Positions 8,896-18,698 of a stretch of DNA of 64,000 nt are shown one piece after another. The position numbers and the translations under genes are program-made. The stretch comes from an uncultured Actinomycetota bacterium (GTDB lineage: Bacteria; Actinomycetota; Actinomycetes; JAFAQI01; DASSKL01). The first letter of the stretch is position 1. Each line of letters opens with the position of its first letter. Under the pieces are notes generated by a model that was not told where the DNA came from, did not search any database, and was given only the letters and a program-made list of their open reading frames with translations. Location: contig CAVSIP010000003.1 of the NCBI GenBank assembly GCA_963728075.1, positions 617,463 to 681,462 of the forward strand, given 5' to 3'.

Positions 8896-10449
8896 GTGAG
8901 ACTGGATTCGGTCCCGATCGCGCCCGCGTTGGCCAGCCGCTCGGACAGTGCGCGGGGTACCGCGTCAGGCGTCAGCAAGGCTCAGGGGCTCGCTCAGGAG
9001 ATCCGGACAGCGATCATCGAGGGGGGCCTGCAGCCGGGGGACGCGTTCCAGCGCGAGGCGGACCTGGTGACCCAGAGCGGCCTGTCACGTGCGACGGTCC
9101 GGGAGGCGATCCGGATACTCGACGCGGAAGGCTTGGTCGAGGTGCGCACCGGCCGTGGAGGGGGGCTTTTCGTCGGCGACCCCGGTAGCCGTGGCGTCGG
9201 CGATGCGTTGGCGCTGACCTTGATCTTCGGCTCTGTGACCGCGGGGACCCTCGTGGAGTTCCGCCGTCTGGTCGAACCGGAGGTCGCCGCTCTGGCGGCT
9301 GAGCGGGCGACGGCGCCACAGCTTCGGATGATGCATTCCACCCTCGTGGCTCCCGACTGGGAGGAGGAGCTCGACTTCCACCTCCACGTCGCCGATGCGA
9401 GCGGAAACGAGCTGCTGCGCCTGCTGCTGCGTTCCGTTCACACCGGAATGGTCCGCCAAGCCCGTGCACGACTGGGATCGGCACTCCACCCGAACCTCGA
9501 CCGGCTTCGCGACGGGTTGCGAGGTATCTACGGAGCGATCGAAGACGGAGACCGCCTACGAGCCGCCCGGTGCATGAGGGCGCACATCGAGGGAATCGAA
9601 GACTCCCTCCGTCGCCTCAACCTGCTCGAGGGTCGGGTCGTCTTCGGAGGTAGGAGCCCCACGCCGACGGCAGTGAGCGGCTCGCCTGTGACGGATCCGA
9701 CCAAGGCGGCCGCCTTGGCGGATGAGATCCGCCTCATGATCGTCGAGGAGGGACTGCTACCCGGAGATCCACTTCCTTCGGAGCGCGAGTGGTTGGGCCG
9801 GTCGGGGTTGGCTCGGGCAACCGTGCGTGAGGCCATCCGAATCCTTTCGGCCGAGGGGCTGGTCTGTTCCCGTCGAGGGCGGACCGGCGGCCTGGTCGTC
9901 GGGCAGCCGGACCCCAACCGCATCGCGCGCCTGCTCGCCTCGCACCTGACCATGCACTCCGTGACTGCTGGCGCGCTCGTCGAGTTTCGCCAGGTCTTGG
10001 AGCCGATCGCCGCTGCGCTGGCGGCCGAGCGAGCCGGTGAGGAGCAGCTGGACGCGCTGCGCGAGGCGGCACAGACGCTCTCGCCGCACGCGGATCTGGA
10101 CTTCCACCTACGCCTCGCGGATGCCGCGGGCAACGAAGTGCTCCTTCAGCTGTTGCGCGCGGTTCGCATCGCGTCTCGGCCGGAGGTGCTGCAGCACCGG
10201 TTCGGCATGACTCGAAGGGACATGGAGACCGTGGCTCGCAGTCATCGCAACATCTACCAGGCTGTCGCGGCTCATGACAGCGGCGACGCCCGGACCTTGA
10301 TGCAACGGCATCTCGACAGACTCGGCGACGTCCTGCGGTGGTCGGGGCGTGCTACGGAGACTCTCGCAGTCCAGACAGCCATCGACGTGCCCGTTCCGCC
10401 TCAGTCCGGAGATGCCGGCGCAGCGCGAACCATCGGGAGCCGGGCGTGA
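8896..10449 (+). CDS. Tandem GntR/FadR regulator, two HTH+FCD units in one chain
   Basis: Two copies of SG-L-(S/A)RATVREAIRIL-x-AEGLV, each followed by an FCD segment (EFR..EP..AALAAERA, DFH). Confidence 0.9.
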   Translation: MRLDSVPIAPALASRSDSARGTASGVSKAQGLAQEIRTAIIEGGLQPGDAFQREADLVTQSGLSRATVREAIRILDAEGLVEVRTGRGGGLFVGDPGSRGVGDALALTLIFGSVTAGTLVEFRRLVEPEVAALAAERATAPQLRMMHSTLVAPDWEEELDFHLHVADASGNELLRLLLRSVHTGMVRQARARLGSALHPNLDRLRDGLRGIYGAIEDGDRLRAARCMRAHIEGIEDSLRRLNLLEGRVVFGGRSPTPTAVSGSPVTDPTKAAALADEIRLMIVEEGLLPGDPLPSEREWLGRSGLARATVREAIRILSAEGLVCSRRGRTGGLVVGQPDPNRIARLLASHLTMHSVTAGALVEFRQVLEPIAAALAAERAGEEQLDALREAAQTLSPHADLDFHLRLADAAGNEVLLQLLRAVRIASRPEVLQHRFGMTRRDMETVARSHRNIYQAVAAHDSGDARTLMQRHLDRLGDVLRWSGRATETLAVQTAIDVPVPPQSGDAGAARTIGSRA

Positions 10450-11903
10450 AGCGGGCGGTGACGTCGGTGCGCGCCGGGCGCAAGATTCGGGGCAGGCGCC
10501 GGGTTGTGGCCCGCCTGTCGATCGCAGCCGGCCTTGCCCTGGTCGCTTCCCAGCCCTTCGCGCCGACGGCCGATGCGGCCGCGATCGTCCAGCCGGGACA
10601 GGCGTCCGCCGACTCAGCGGTCTTCAGGCTTGGGGTGCAGAGCGGTGGGACGTCCCTGCGACCCACCGCGGTCGGACACGCGAGCGCCTCCTACCTCCAG
10701 ACCGAAACCCAGGCGAGCTCCGCCACCGTGGACCCGGGCGGGCTCGGCTTCCTACTCACCGCGATCCCTGTCTGTGGCGTGACCCTCTTGCCGTCCAGCA
10801 GGCAGCCGCAGCCGCTCACCGCCGACTCCGCCGACGGCGACAGTTCCAAGACTGCCCACGGCAACGTCGCAGGCGCGGGAACCGAGGTTGTGACCGTCTC
10901 GTCGTCCCCGCAGTTCGCGGTCGCCACCACCAAGCCGGTCAGCCAGTCCCTGCTCGGCGGCCTCGTCGAGATCACCGGCACGGCTACCAGCAAGGTCCGC
11001 TATGTCGCCGACCGTGAACAGCGGGCTGAGTCCTCGGTGACGGAGACCCTCAGCCTGGCCGGCGGCCTCGTGCAGATCGACGGGATGCACTGGACTGCCG
11101 GTCGACGCTCCGGAGGCTCGACGGTGTCTTCGGCTGGCTTCAGCTTCGGCAAGGTCACCCTTCGCCAGCACGGGGTGCCGCTCGCTCTCCCGAACAACGT
11201 TCCGGCTTCGACAGTGGTCGAGGAGATCAACGCGCTGATCGGCCCGTCCGGGCTCCATCTCACCCTTCCGACCAAGTCCACCGACTCGGCCACCGGCGCG
11301 ACGTCCATGGGTCCGCTTCGGGTGCACTTCGCCGGCTCCAGCCTCGACCGAAGCGTGATCACTCCAATCGCCCAGCAGGTGGCTGCGCTCGAGTCACTCC
11401 TCAGCGGCCAGGCCGCCAACGGCAGCGACTGCTCCAAGATCAAGAACCTCATCGGCAACGTGGCCAACCCGGCCGAGACCGTCAGCAACATCGCGCTGGG
11501 TATCGCGGAGGGCGCGGGCAGCCTCGACCTGGACCTTGGGGGAGTCACGGCCAGTACGCAGGCAGCGCACGACTACGCCAACCCGTTCGACTCCGGCGGT
11601 TTCACGTCGGGGCCGAGGCCGTCCGACGGCGTGCCCGCTGGCGTGACCCAGCCGGGGCCGTCAGCCGGCGCGGGGGGGAGACCCGTCACCTCCGCTCAGG
11701 CGCCCACACTGGCAACGGCGCCTGCAGGCATGGTCCTGCAGTGCGTGACCACGAGCCCGGCCGGCCGGCCGGGCTGCTGGCAGGGGCTTAGTGTGCTCGC
11801 CGGCGGCGTGACCGTCGCGCTGGCCCAGGGACTCATTGCTGCCGACGTCGCGTACAGCCGACGGCGCCACCGACGCCGCCGGCCCAGGAGGGTGATCGTG
11901 TGA
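10446..11903 (+). CDS. Secreted, C-terminally anchored protein of unknown function
   Basis: GTGA overlap with the upstream stop, basic+hydrophobic signal ending ADAAA, G/P-rich linker, C-terminal hydrophobic helix plus RRRHRRRR. Confidence 0.7.
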   Translation: MKRAVTSVRAGRKIRGRRRVVARLSIAAGLALVASQPFAPTADAAAIVQPGQASADSAVFRLGVQSGGTSLRPTAVGHASASYLQTETQASSATVDPGGLGFLLTAIPVCGVTLLPSSRQPQPLTADSADGDSSKTAHGNVAGAGTEVVTVSSSPQFAVATTKPVSQSLLGGLVEITGTATSKVRYVADREQRAESSVTETLSLAGGLVQIDGMHWTAGRRSGGSTVSSAGFSFGKVTLRQHGVPLALPNNVPASTVVEEINALIGPSGLHLTLPTKSTDSATGATSMGPLRVHFAGSSLDRSVITPIAQQVAALESLLSGQAANGSDCSKIKNLIGNVANPAETVSNIALGIAEGAGSLDLDLGGVTASTQAAHDYANPFDSGGFTSGPRPSDGVPAGVTQPGPSAGAGGRPVTSAQAPTLATAPAGMVLQCVTTSPAGRPGCWQGLSVLAGGVTVALAQGLIAADVAYSRRRHRRRRPRRVIV

Positions 11904-11943
11904 GCGCTTCGCGCTGGCTGCCTGCGCGGGAGAGGAAGGCGGC

Positions 11944-13623
11944 ATGAGCATGCGCCCGCAAGACCGCGTCCGTCCCGCGGACCGGCGTCTGCTGCTCGGC
12001 TACGGACCGGCGCTGGTGCTTGGCGTCGGTTTCTTGTTGATGGCGCTGCTGGTGCCGACCGTCGCGCCGGAGCAGCAAGTGGCGACCAACATCCCCGGAC
12101 AAAACGCGACGTCTACCGATGTCGGCGCGAACATGCCAGCGGGGGGAACCGGGGGACAGGTGGGCTCGACCGGCAGCTCCTCCGGCCCCCCCGCGAGTTC
12201 CGCGGGGCCGGCCAACGCCGCCCCCGGAGCCACCGTCACCGGGTGTTCTGGCCGCCAGGTGCCGCAGGATCCGTACTCCCCCCCATGCACCAGCTTCTCT
12301 GGCAACAACGGCGGGGTGACCAGCCGCGGAGTCACCGCGAAGACGATCACGGTCGCCTTCCGCATCTCTTCTGACGACATTCTCGGGGTCGACTCTCTGG
12401 TGCAACGCATCGCCGGAAAGAGCAGTTCCAGCCAGTTCAAGGAGTCCGACGCGCAGGTGGAGAGGACGGTCCGGGATCTCGCCGCCTACTTCAACAAGCA
12501 CTTTCAGTTCTACGGGCGCAAGATCGTGGTCAAGTTCTACCACGGGCAAGGACAGCTCCTGAAGGAGTTCCAGGACGCCGGCCAGGCCCAGGCCAACGCG
12601 GACGCACTCCAGGTCGCCGACCAGATGCATGCCTTCGCGGAGATGTTCGCCATCTCCCAGCCGTACTCCGAAGCCCTGTCGGCGCAGCACGTGGTCAACA
12701 TCGGGACCGTCTTCATGTCGCAGCCCTGGTTCCAGGCACGCGCGCCGTACGCTTGGAGCTTCTTCCCCACCTGCAGCGACTTGGGTGCAGAAGGCGCCGC
12801 GGTTGCCAGGGAGATCGCAGGGGGGAACGTCACCTGGGCGGGCACCGGCGTCGCCAACGGTGGCCCACGCAGGATCGCGGTGATCTCACCGGACAACCCC
12901 GTGTACAAGCAGTGCTTCTCCCAGATCGCGCAAGCGCTCAAACAGTCCGGGCACCCGCCCGTCGCCAACCTGACGTACACGCTGTCGTTGTCGCAGCTGT
13001 CCCAGGAGATGAGCGCGATCTCGCAGCAGCTGATCAACGACAAGGTCACCACGGTGATCACGGCGACTGATCCGATCGCCCCGGTCTTTCTCACGGGCGA
13101 CCTGGACAACGCCGACTATCTTCCGGAGATCTTCAATATCGGGGCCGCCTTCTCGGACTACGACTTCGTCACCCAGCTCTTCGACCAGAAGGCCGCTGCA
13201 CATGAGGCCGGCGTCACCAACAGCGGGGCCATCCCGCCCTACGGGTCCTCACTGGCGTACTTCGCTGCCAAGTCGGTCGATCCCGACAACCCCCCAGCCC
13301 GTGAGGTCGACTCTTACTACGAATGCCTCTATCTCCTCGCGCTCGGTATCCAGCAGGCGGGGCCAAACCTCACACCGCAAACCTTCCAGCAGGGCATGTT
13401 CCGGTACCGCGGCGGCACCGGCCAGTACGGGCCCTGGTCGTTCCATGCCGGAGCTACGAAGTACTGGACGCCAGCGCACCATTTCCGTTTCGAGTGGTGG
13501 GACCCCAAAGCCACGTCCGGCTACAACGGCCAGAAGGGCACCTGGGTGATCGGGCAGAAGTGGTACACCCCGACCACAGTCCCGTCGGGGCCGCCGCCAG
13601 TGTTCCCCCACGGACCGCAGTGA
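11944..13623 (+). CDS. ABC substrate-binding protein, HAAT/periplasmic-binding type I, N-terminal TM anchor
   Basis: DPYSPPC, NGGVTSRGVTAKTITV, FYGRKI, GPNLTPQTF pattern. Adjacent to Liv-type transporter. Confidence 0.8.
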   Translation: MSMRPQDRVRPADRRLLLGYGPALVLGVGFLLMALLVPTVAPEQQVATNIPGQNATSTDVGANMPAGGTGGQVGSTGSSSGPPASSAGPANAAPGATVTGCSGRQVPQDPYSPPCTSFSGNNGGVTSRGVTAKTITVAFRISSDDILGVDSLVQRIAGKSSSSQFKESDAQVERTVRDLAAYFNKHFQFYGRKIVVKFYHGQGQLLKEFQDAGQAQANADALQVADQMHAFAEMFAISQPYSEALSAQHVVNIGTVFMSQPWFQARAPYAWSFFPTCSDLGAEGAAVAREIAGGNVTWAGTGVANGGPRRIAVISPDNPVYKQCFSQIAQALKQSGHPPVANLTYTLSLSQLSQEMSAISQQLINDKVTTVITATDPIAPVFLTGDLDNADYLPEIFNIGAAFSDYDFVTQLFDQKAAAHEAGVTNSGAIPPYGSSLAYFAAKSVDPDNPPAREVDSYYECLYLLALGIQQAGPNLTPQTFQQGMFRYRGGTGQYGPWSFHAGATKYWTPAHHFRFEWWDPKATSGYNGQKGTWVIGQKWYTPTTVPSGPPPVFPHGPQ

Positions 13624-13666
13624 CCGGCCTGCGCACAGAGTGCCCATTCCTCCGGGGAGGTCCACG

Positions 13667-16600
13667 GTGACCACCGCGGGGCCGGACGAGCTCGCTCGCA
13701 GTCGTGGCCTGTGCCACGGGCTCGCACAGACCCGGCCGATCGTGGCCAGCGTGATCGCGGTGGCCGTCGTGTTCTCTCTCACCCAGGCGTTTCCCCACAG
13801 TATTCCGCTTGGGACCGTCCTCGCCGGCGCTCTGTACGGTGCCCTCAGCGGGCTTCTTGCCGTCGGCCTTGTGCTGTTGTTCCGGGTCACCAGAGCCATC
13901 AACTTCGCCTATGGGGCGATGGGGGGCCTGCCCGCGGCGATCGCCTCGTCGCTCTACCTGGGCCACGGCTGGCCATGGTCCGTCTCGGTCGTGCTCGCCC
14001 TGGTGCTGGGCGGCGGAACCGGTCTCGCGGTCGGGGCGTTCGTGCAGTGGAGGTTCGCGAATGCACCTCGGCTGGTGCTCGCTGTGGCCAGCATCGGGCT
14101 CGCGCAGCTGCTCGGCGGGGTGGCGGTATACGTCCCCCGCTGGTTCCAGGGGCCAGTGCTCATCACCAACTTCAAGACGGGGTTGTCACGGCTGCATGTC
14201 CAGGTAAGCCCTGTCCTCTTCGACGGCAACGACTTCGTAGCCGCCGCCGCGATACCCGTGGTCGTGGGGGCGGTCGCCTGGTTCCTCCTTGGCACCGATG
14301 CCGGCCGGTCGGTACGCGCGATCGCCGACAACCCGGACCGAGCTCGTCTGCTGGGTATCCCGACCCGGCGACTGATGCTGGGGGTGTGGAGCATCAGTGG
14401 GCTGGTCGCTGCGCTCGCGGTGATCCTGCAAGCACCCCGGGCCGGGGTGCCGCTGTCCGCCGCAGCGGGACCCGCGATCCTGCTCGCCCCGCTGGCTGCA
14501 GCCGTTGTCGCGAAGATGGAATCGCTGCTCGTCGCTTTCGTCGCGGCGGTCGGATTGGGCGTTCTTGAAGAGGTCGTTCGGCTGAACGTGTCCAAGCAGG
14601 CCATCGAGACCCCCGTGTTTCTCGCGGTGATTCTGATCGCCCTCCTCGCACAGCACCGTTCGGAGAGCCGGGCCGAGGCGGCAGACGAGTCGTCATGGTC
14701 CGCTGCTGGTGTACTGCGCCCCATCCCGTCGTGGCTGCGCTCGCTCCCAGAGGTGCGTGCGGTTGGGATCCTGTCTCTCCTTCTTGTCGTTGGTTTCGCC
14801 GTAAGCCTGCCCGCTCTTGTCTCGTCGGCCCGGCTGGACCAGGTGAGCGTGGGGGTGGTCTTCGGCCTGACCGCCCTGTCTCTTGTGGTGCTATCCGGCT
14901 GGGCGGGCACGATCAGCTTGGGTCAGTTCGCCCTGGTCGGCGTGGGGGCGGTCGCCGGCGGCGACCTGATGATGCGCCTGAATCTCGACCTGTTCCTCTC
15001 GTTGGCGATCGCGGGAGCTGCGGGGGCCGTCGCAGCGGTCGTCCTCGGCTTGCCGGCCCTGCGGGTGCGCGGCTTGTACCTCGCGGTGACCACCCTGGCG
15101 TTCGCAGTCGCGGCGAACGACTTTTTCTTTAACCCCACCAACTTCGCCGCGCTCCTGCCGTCCTCGGTGCTTCGGCCGATCCTGTGGAAGCGGTTTGCCC
15201 TCAGAGATGAGGGGGATCTCTACCTGCTCTGCGTCGGAGTGTTGGCCACCGCCACCGCGCTGGTCTGGGGTGTCCGGCGTGCCCGACCGGGCCGGGCCAT
15301 CCTGGCCACCAGGGACAACGCCAGGGGCGCCGAATCCGCCGCGATTCCCACAACCAGGACCCGGCTGACCGCGTTCATGATCTCGGGTCTTATCGCGGGG
15401 GTCGCAGGCGCCCTGTACGTGGTCATCCTCGGCAGCGCCGGGTTCGAGAGCTTCCCGCCCGACGACAGCATCACGGTGTTCTCGATGGCGATTGTCGGCG
15501 GTCTGTCGTCAATTGTGGGCGCGCTGGCGGGCGTGGGGCTGATCCAGTGGCTGGGCATCGCATTTCCGCAGATGCAGATCCTCCTGACTGGTGTCGGGAT
15601 GCTGCTGGTACTGACGATGTTCCCTGCCGGGCTCGCCGGTGTGTACGAGCGGGTGCGAGACCGATTGCTGGCCGTCGCTGCTCGCCGGCGGGGGCTCGAC
15701 ATGAGCATGTGGGTCGATCCGGGTGGCGACGAGACAGCGCGAACGGCCCCGACGGACATGCCTGTCGTGGCGTCTGGCAATGGCACCCAAGCCAGCGACG
15801 CGGCTCTGGACCGTCGGCAGGTGCTCCTGGAGTGCTCGGCTGTGAACGCGTCGTACGGGAAGCTCCGAGTGCTCTTCGGTGTGGACCTAGCCGTCCGCGA
15901 GGGCGAGATCGTAGCTTTGCTCGGCACCAACGGCGCGGGCAAGTCGAGTCTGCTCAAAGCGGTGACCGGCCTCCTGCCGGTCGAGTCGGGCCGCGTCAAC
16001 TTCGCGGGGAAGGACATCACCAATTCGACGACGGAGCATGTCGCGGCCGGCGGACTGACCATGATGCCCGGTGGCCGTGGAGTGTTCCCCTCGCTCACCG
16101 TGGCCGAGAACCTACGTGTGGCCTCTTGGCCGTTACGCGCCGATCCCGCTGCCGCAGACGCGGCCCGGCAACGCGTCGTTGAACTGTTCCCGATCATCGG
16201 GAGTCGCTCCGGTCAGCATGCGGGGAACCTGTCAGGCGGTGAGCAGCAGATGCTCTCTTTGGCCATGGCGTTCTTGGCCAAGCCCAAGCTGCTGTGCATC
16301 GACGAATTGTCCCTCGGGCTGGCACCGGCGGTGGTGTCGACACTCGTCGACGCCGTTCTGGACATCCACCGGCAAGGAACGACGATCGTGATCGTCGAAC
16401 AGTCGGTCAACGTGGCCCTTCTGCTGGCCGAACGAGCCACGTTCCTGGAGAAGGGTCAGGTCCGGTTCAGCGGTCCCGCCGAGGAGCTGCTCGACCGGCC
16501 AGACCTTCTGCGTGCCGTCTTCATCGGCGGCACTCCCGCGCAGGCGTGCAGTGCCACGGCCGACTCGCCTCCGGATCGTCGCCCGGCCGAGGTCGGCGTC

Positions 16601-17464
16601 AAGGTCTCCGAGGACGAACGGCGTGCTCCGGCGCTCGAGTGCTACGGCCTTGTCAAACGCTTCGGAGGTATCACGGCAGTCGACGACGTGGACCTCGCTG
16701 TTCGCCCTGGAGAGACCGTTGGACTCGTCGGGCACAACGGCGCTGGTAAGACCACCCTGTTCGACGTCATCTGTGGGTTCCTCATCCCGGAGGCAGGTCG
16801 AATCGTCGTCGATGGAGAGGACGTCACCTCGTTCCCGGCCCACGAACGCGCGTGGGCTGGACTCGGTCGGTCGTTCCAGGACGCACGACTGTTCCCGACG
16901 CTCACCGTCCGCGAGACCATCGCGGTCGCCTTGGAACGGCACCTCACCAGTCGCGAGCCATTTGCGGCAGCCTTCCGCATGCCGGCCTCCACCGACTCCG
17001 AGGCGTTCGTCGCAGAGCAGGTGGAGCTGGTCATCCAGCAGCTGGGCCTTCCTGCTTTCCGTGACCGCCTGATCGGCGAACTGTCCACGGGCACCCGACG
17101 GATCGTCGAGCTCGCCTGCATCGTCGCGCAGCAGCCGTCGGTGCTGCTGCTCGACGAGCCATCCGGTGGTGTCGCCCAAGCCGAGACCGAGGCTCTCGGG
17201 GCTCTGCTACGCCAGGTCGTTGTCGACACCGGATGCGCTCTGGTCGTCATCGAGCACGACATGACCATGTTGTCGTCGCTCTGTGACCGTCTCGTTGCCC
17301 TGGACCTCGGCCGAGTCATCGCCGAGGGGCTGCCCAGGGACGTCCTGTCCCACCCCGAGGTGATCGCCAGCTACCTCGGCACCGATACGGCCACCATCGA
17401 GCGCTCAGGCCGGGGACCACGACCCCGCCGGGGGACCCCCACAGCCAAGTCCCTGCGGAGGTAG
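13667..17464 (+). CDS. Single-chain HAAT ABC transporter: LivH-like + LivM-like permeases + LivF-like + LivG-like ATPases
   Basis: INFAYGAMG and GTISLGQFAL permease motifs. Walker A GTNGAGKS and GHNGAGKT, signatures LSGGEQQ and LSTGTRR. RBS GGGGAGG before GTG 13667. Confidence 0.9.
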   Translation: MTTAGPDELARSRGLCHGLAQTRPIVASVIAVAVVFSLTQAFPHSIPLGTVLAGALYGALSGLLAVGLVLLFRVTRAINFAYGAMGGLPAAIASSLYLGHGWPWSVSVVLALVLGGGTGLAVGAFVQWRFANAPRLVLAVASIGLAQLLGGVAVYVPRWFQGPVLITNFKTGLSRLHVQVSPVLFDGNDFVAAAAIPVVVGAVAWFLLGTDAGRSVRAIADNPDRARLLGIPTRRLMLGVWSISGLVAALAVILQAPRAGVPLSAAAGPAILLAPLAAAVVAKMESLLVAFVAAVGLGVLEEVVRLNVSKQAIETPVFLAVILIALLAQHRSESRAEAADESSWSAAGVLRPIPSWLRSLPEVRAVGILSLLLVVGFAVSLPALVSSARLDQVSVGVVFGLTALSLVVLSGWAGTISLGQFALVGVGAVAGGDLMMRLNLDLFLSLAIAGAAGAVAAVVLGLPALRVRGLYLAVTTLAFAVAANDFFFNPTNFAALLPSSVLRPILWKRFALRDEGDLYLLCVGVLATATALVWGVRRARPGRAILATRDNARGAESAAIPTTRTRLTAFMISGLIAGVAGALYVVILGSAGFESFPPDDSITVFSMAIVGGLSSIVGALAGVGLIQWLGIAFPQMQILLTGVGMLLVLTMFPAGLAGVYERVRDRLLAVAARRRGLDMSMWVDPGGDETARTAPTDMPVVASGNGTQASDAALDRRQVLLECSAVNASYGKLRVLFGVDLAVREGEIVALLGTNGAGKSSLLKAVTGLLPVESGRVNFAGKDITNSTTEHVAAGGLTMMPGGRGVFPSLTVAENLRVASWPLRADPAAADAARQRVVELFPIIGSRSGQHAGNLSGGEQQMLSLAMAFLAKPKLLCIDELSLGLAPAVVSTLVDAVLDIHRQGTTIVIVEQSVNVALLLAERATFLEKGQVRFSGPAEELLDRPDLLRAVFIGGTPAQACSATADSPPDRRPAEVGVKVSEDERRAPALECYGLVKRFGGITAVDDVDLAVRPGETVGLVGHNGAGKTTLFDVICGFLIPEAGRIVVDGEDVTSFPAHERAWAGLGRSFQDARLFPTLTVRETIAVALERHLTSREPFAAAFRMPASTDSEAFVAEQVELVIQQLGLPAFRDRLIGELSTGTRRIVELACIVAQQPSVLLLDEPSGGVAQAETEALGALLRQVVVDTGCALVVIEHDMTMLSSLCDRLVALDLGRVIAEGLPRDVLSHPEVIASYLGTDTATIERSGRGPRPRRGTPTAKSLRR

Positions 17465-17478
17465 TGCAATCTCCCAGG

Positions 17479-18651
17479 TCAGCGAGGCACCTGGTTCCAG
17501 GGCAGCGTGTCATCGGTGCGCGGCTCACCTGGCAGTCCCAGTACGCGCTCAGCGACGATGTTGCGGTTCACCTCGTCGGTGCCACCACCGATGCGGTGCG
17601 CAGGAGCCCAGAGGAACTTGCGCACCCAGCGAGCGTCCTCGCCCTCGGTGAGCATCCCTGCAGCGCCCAGGAGGTCCATGCCCAACTGGGCGGAATCGAC
17701 GTTGAGCTTCGTGGTGAACAACTTTGCCACCGATCCCTCCGGACCCGGTCGACGTCCCTCGAGGGCCGCCGACAGGATGCGCAGATTCATATACCGGGCG
17801 ACCTCGGTGCGGACCCAGAGTTCCACGATGCGCTGTCGCGTCACGTGGTTGAGTGTCCCTCGCCGCCGCGCGAGTTCCGTCAGGCGTGCCGGCAGGGTGC
17901 TCGGGCCGGTCCTTCCGCCGCCGAGCGAGCTCCTTTCGTTGGCCAGAGTCGTCACGGCGACGTGCCAGCCGTTGTCCACGTCGCCGATGACGTTCTCGTG
18001 CGGCACGCGGACGCTCTCGAGAAACACCTCGTTGAACTCGGCAGTACCCGTCATCTGCCTCAGCGGGCGGACGGTGACACCTGGCGATCGAAGGTCGAGG
18101 ATGAACGCAGTGATGCCTTTGTGCTTGGGCGCCTCTGGGTTCGTTCGGCACAGGATCTCCCCGTAGTCAGCAATGTGCGCGCCCGACGTCCACACCTTCT
18201 GCCCGTCGATGACCCACTCGTTTCCGTCGCGCACAGCCTTGGTCGCCAGTCCTGCCACATCGGAGCCGGCGTTGGGCTCCGAGAACATCTGGCACCAGAT
18301 CGTCTCTCCCCGGAGCAGCGGTCTGAGGTACCGCTGCTTCTGCGCGGCCGTGCCGTGAGCCCGCAGCGTGGGAGCGACGAAGTTCAGCCCGACCGTGAGC
18401 AGGTCAGGAGGCGTGCTGTGCGCCGACTCCTCCTGGTTGAAGATGATCTGCTCTACCGAGGTTCCGTTTCGCCCACCGAGCTCCGGACCCCACGTGATCT
18501 TGGCGAGGCCGGCGTCGAACTTCGCCGCCTGCCACGCCTTGACACGGTTGATGAGGTCACGTTCGTGGTCGATCTGCTCCAGGGCCTCGACGATCCAGGC
18601 CCGGCACTCCTCGCGCCAGGCGGCCTGCTCGGGTGTATCGCGGAAGTTCAC
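17479..18651 (-). CDS. Acyl-CoA dehydrogenase (FadE29/IpdE1-like alpha type)
   Basis: WCQMFSEPNAGSDVAGL, GQKVWTSGA, IGGGTDEVNRN. Start GTG in VNFRDTPEQAAWR. Confidence 0.9.
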   Translation of the reverse strand: MNFRDTPEQAAWREECRAWIVEALEQIDHERDLINRVKAWQAAKFDAGLAKITWGPELGGRNGTSVEQIIFNQEESAHSTPPDLLTVGLNFVAPTLRAHGTAAQKQRYLRPLLRGETIWCQMFSEPNAGSDVAGLATKAVRDGNEWVIDGQKVWTSGAHIADYGEILCRTNPEAPKHKGITAFILDLRSPGVTVRPLRQMTGTAEFNEVFLESVRVPHENVIGDVDNGWHVAVTTLANERSSLGGGRTGPSTLPARLTELARRRGTLNHVTRQRIVELWVRTEVARYMNLRILSAALEGRRPGPEGSVAKLFTTKLNVDSAQLGMDLLGAAGMLTEGEDARWVRKFLWAPAHRIGGGTDEVNRNIVAERVLGLPGEPRTDDTLPWNQVPR

Positions 18652-18698
18652 GACCGTTGATGTGCGGGTCTCGGGCACGTGTAACAGTGTAGGCACAT

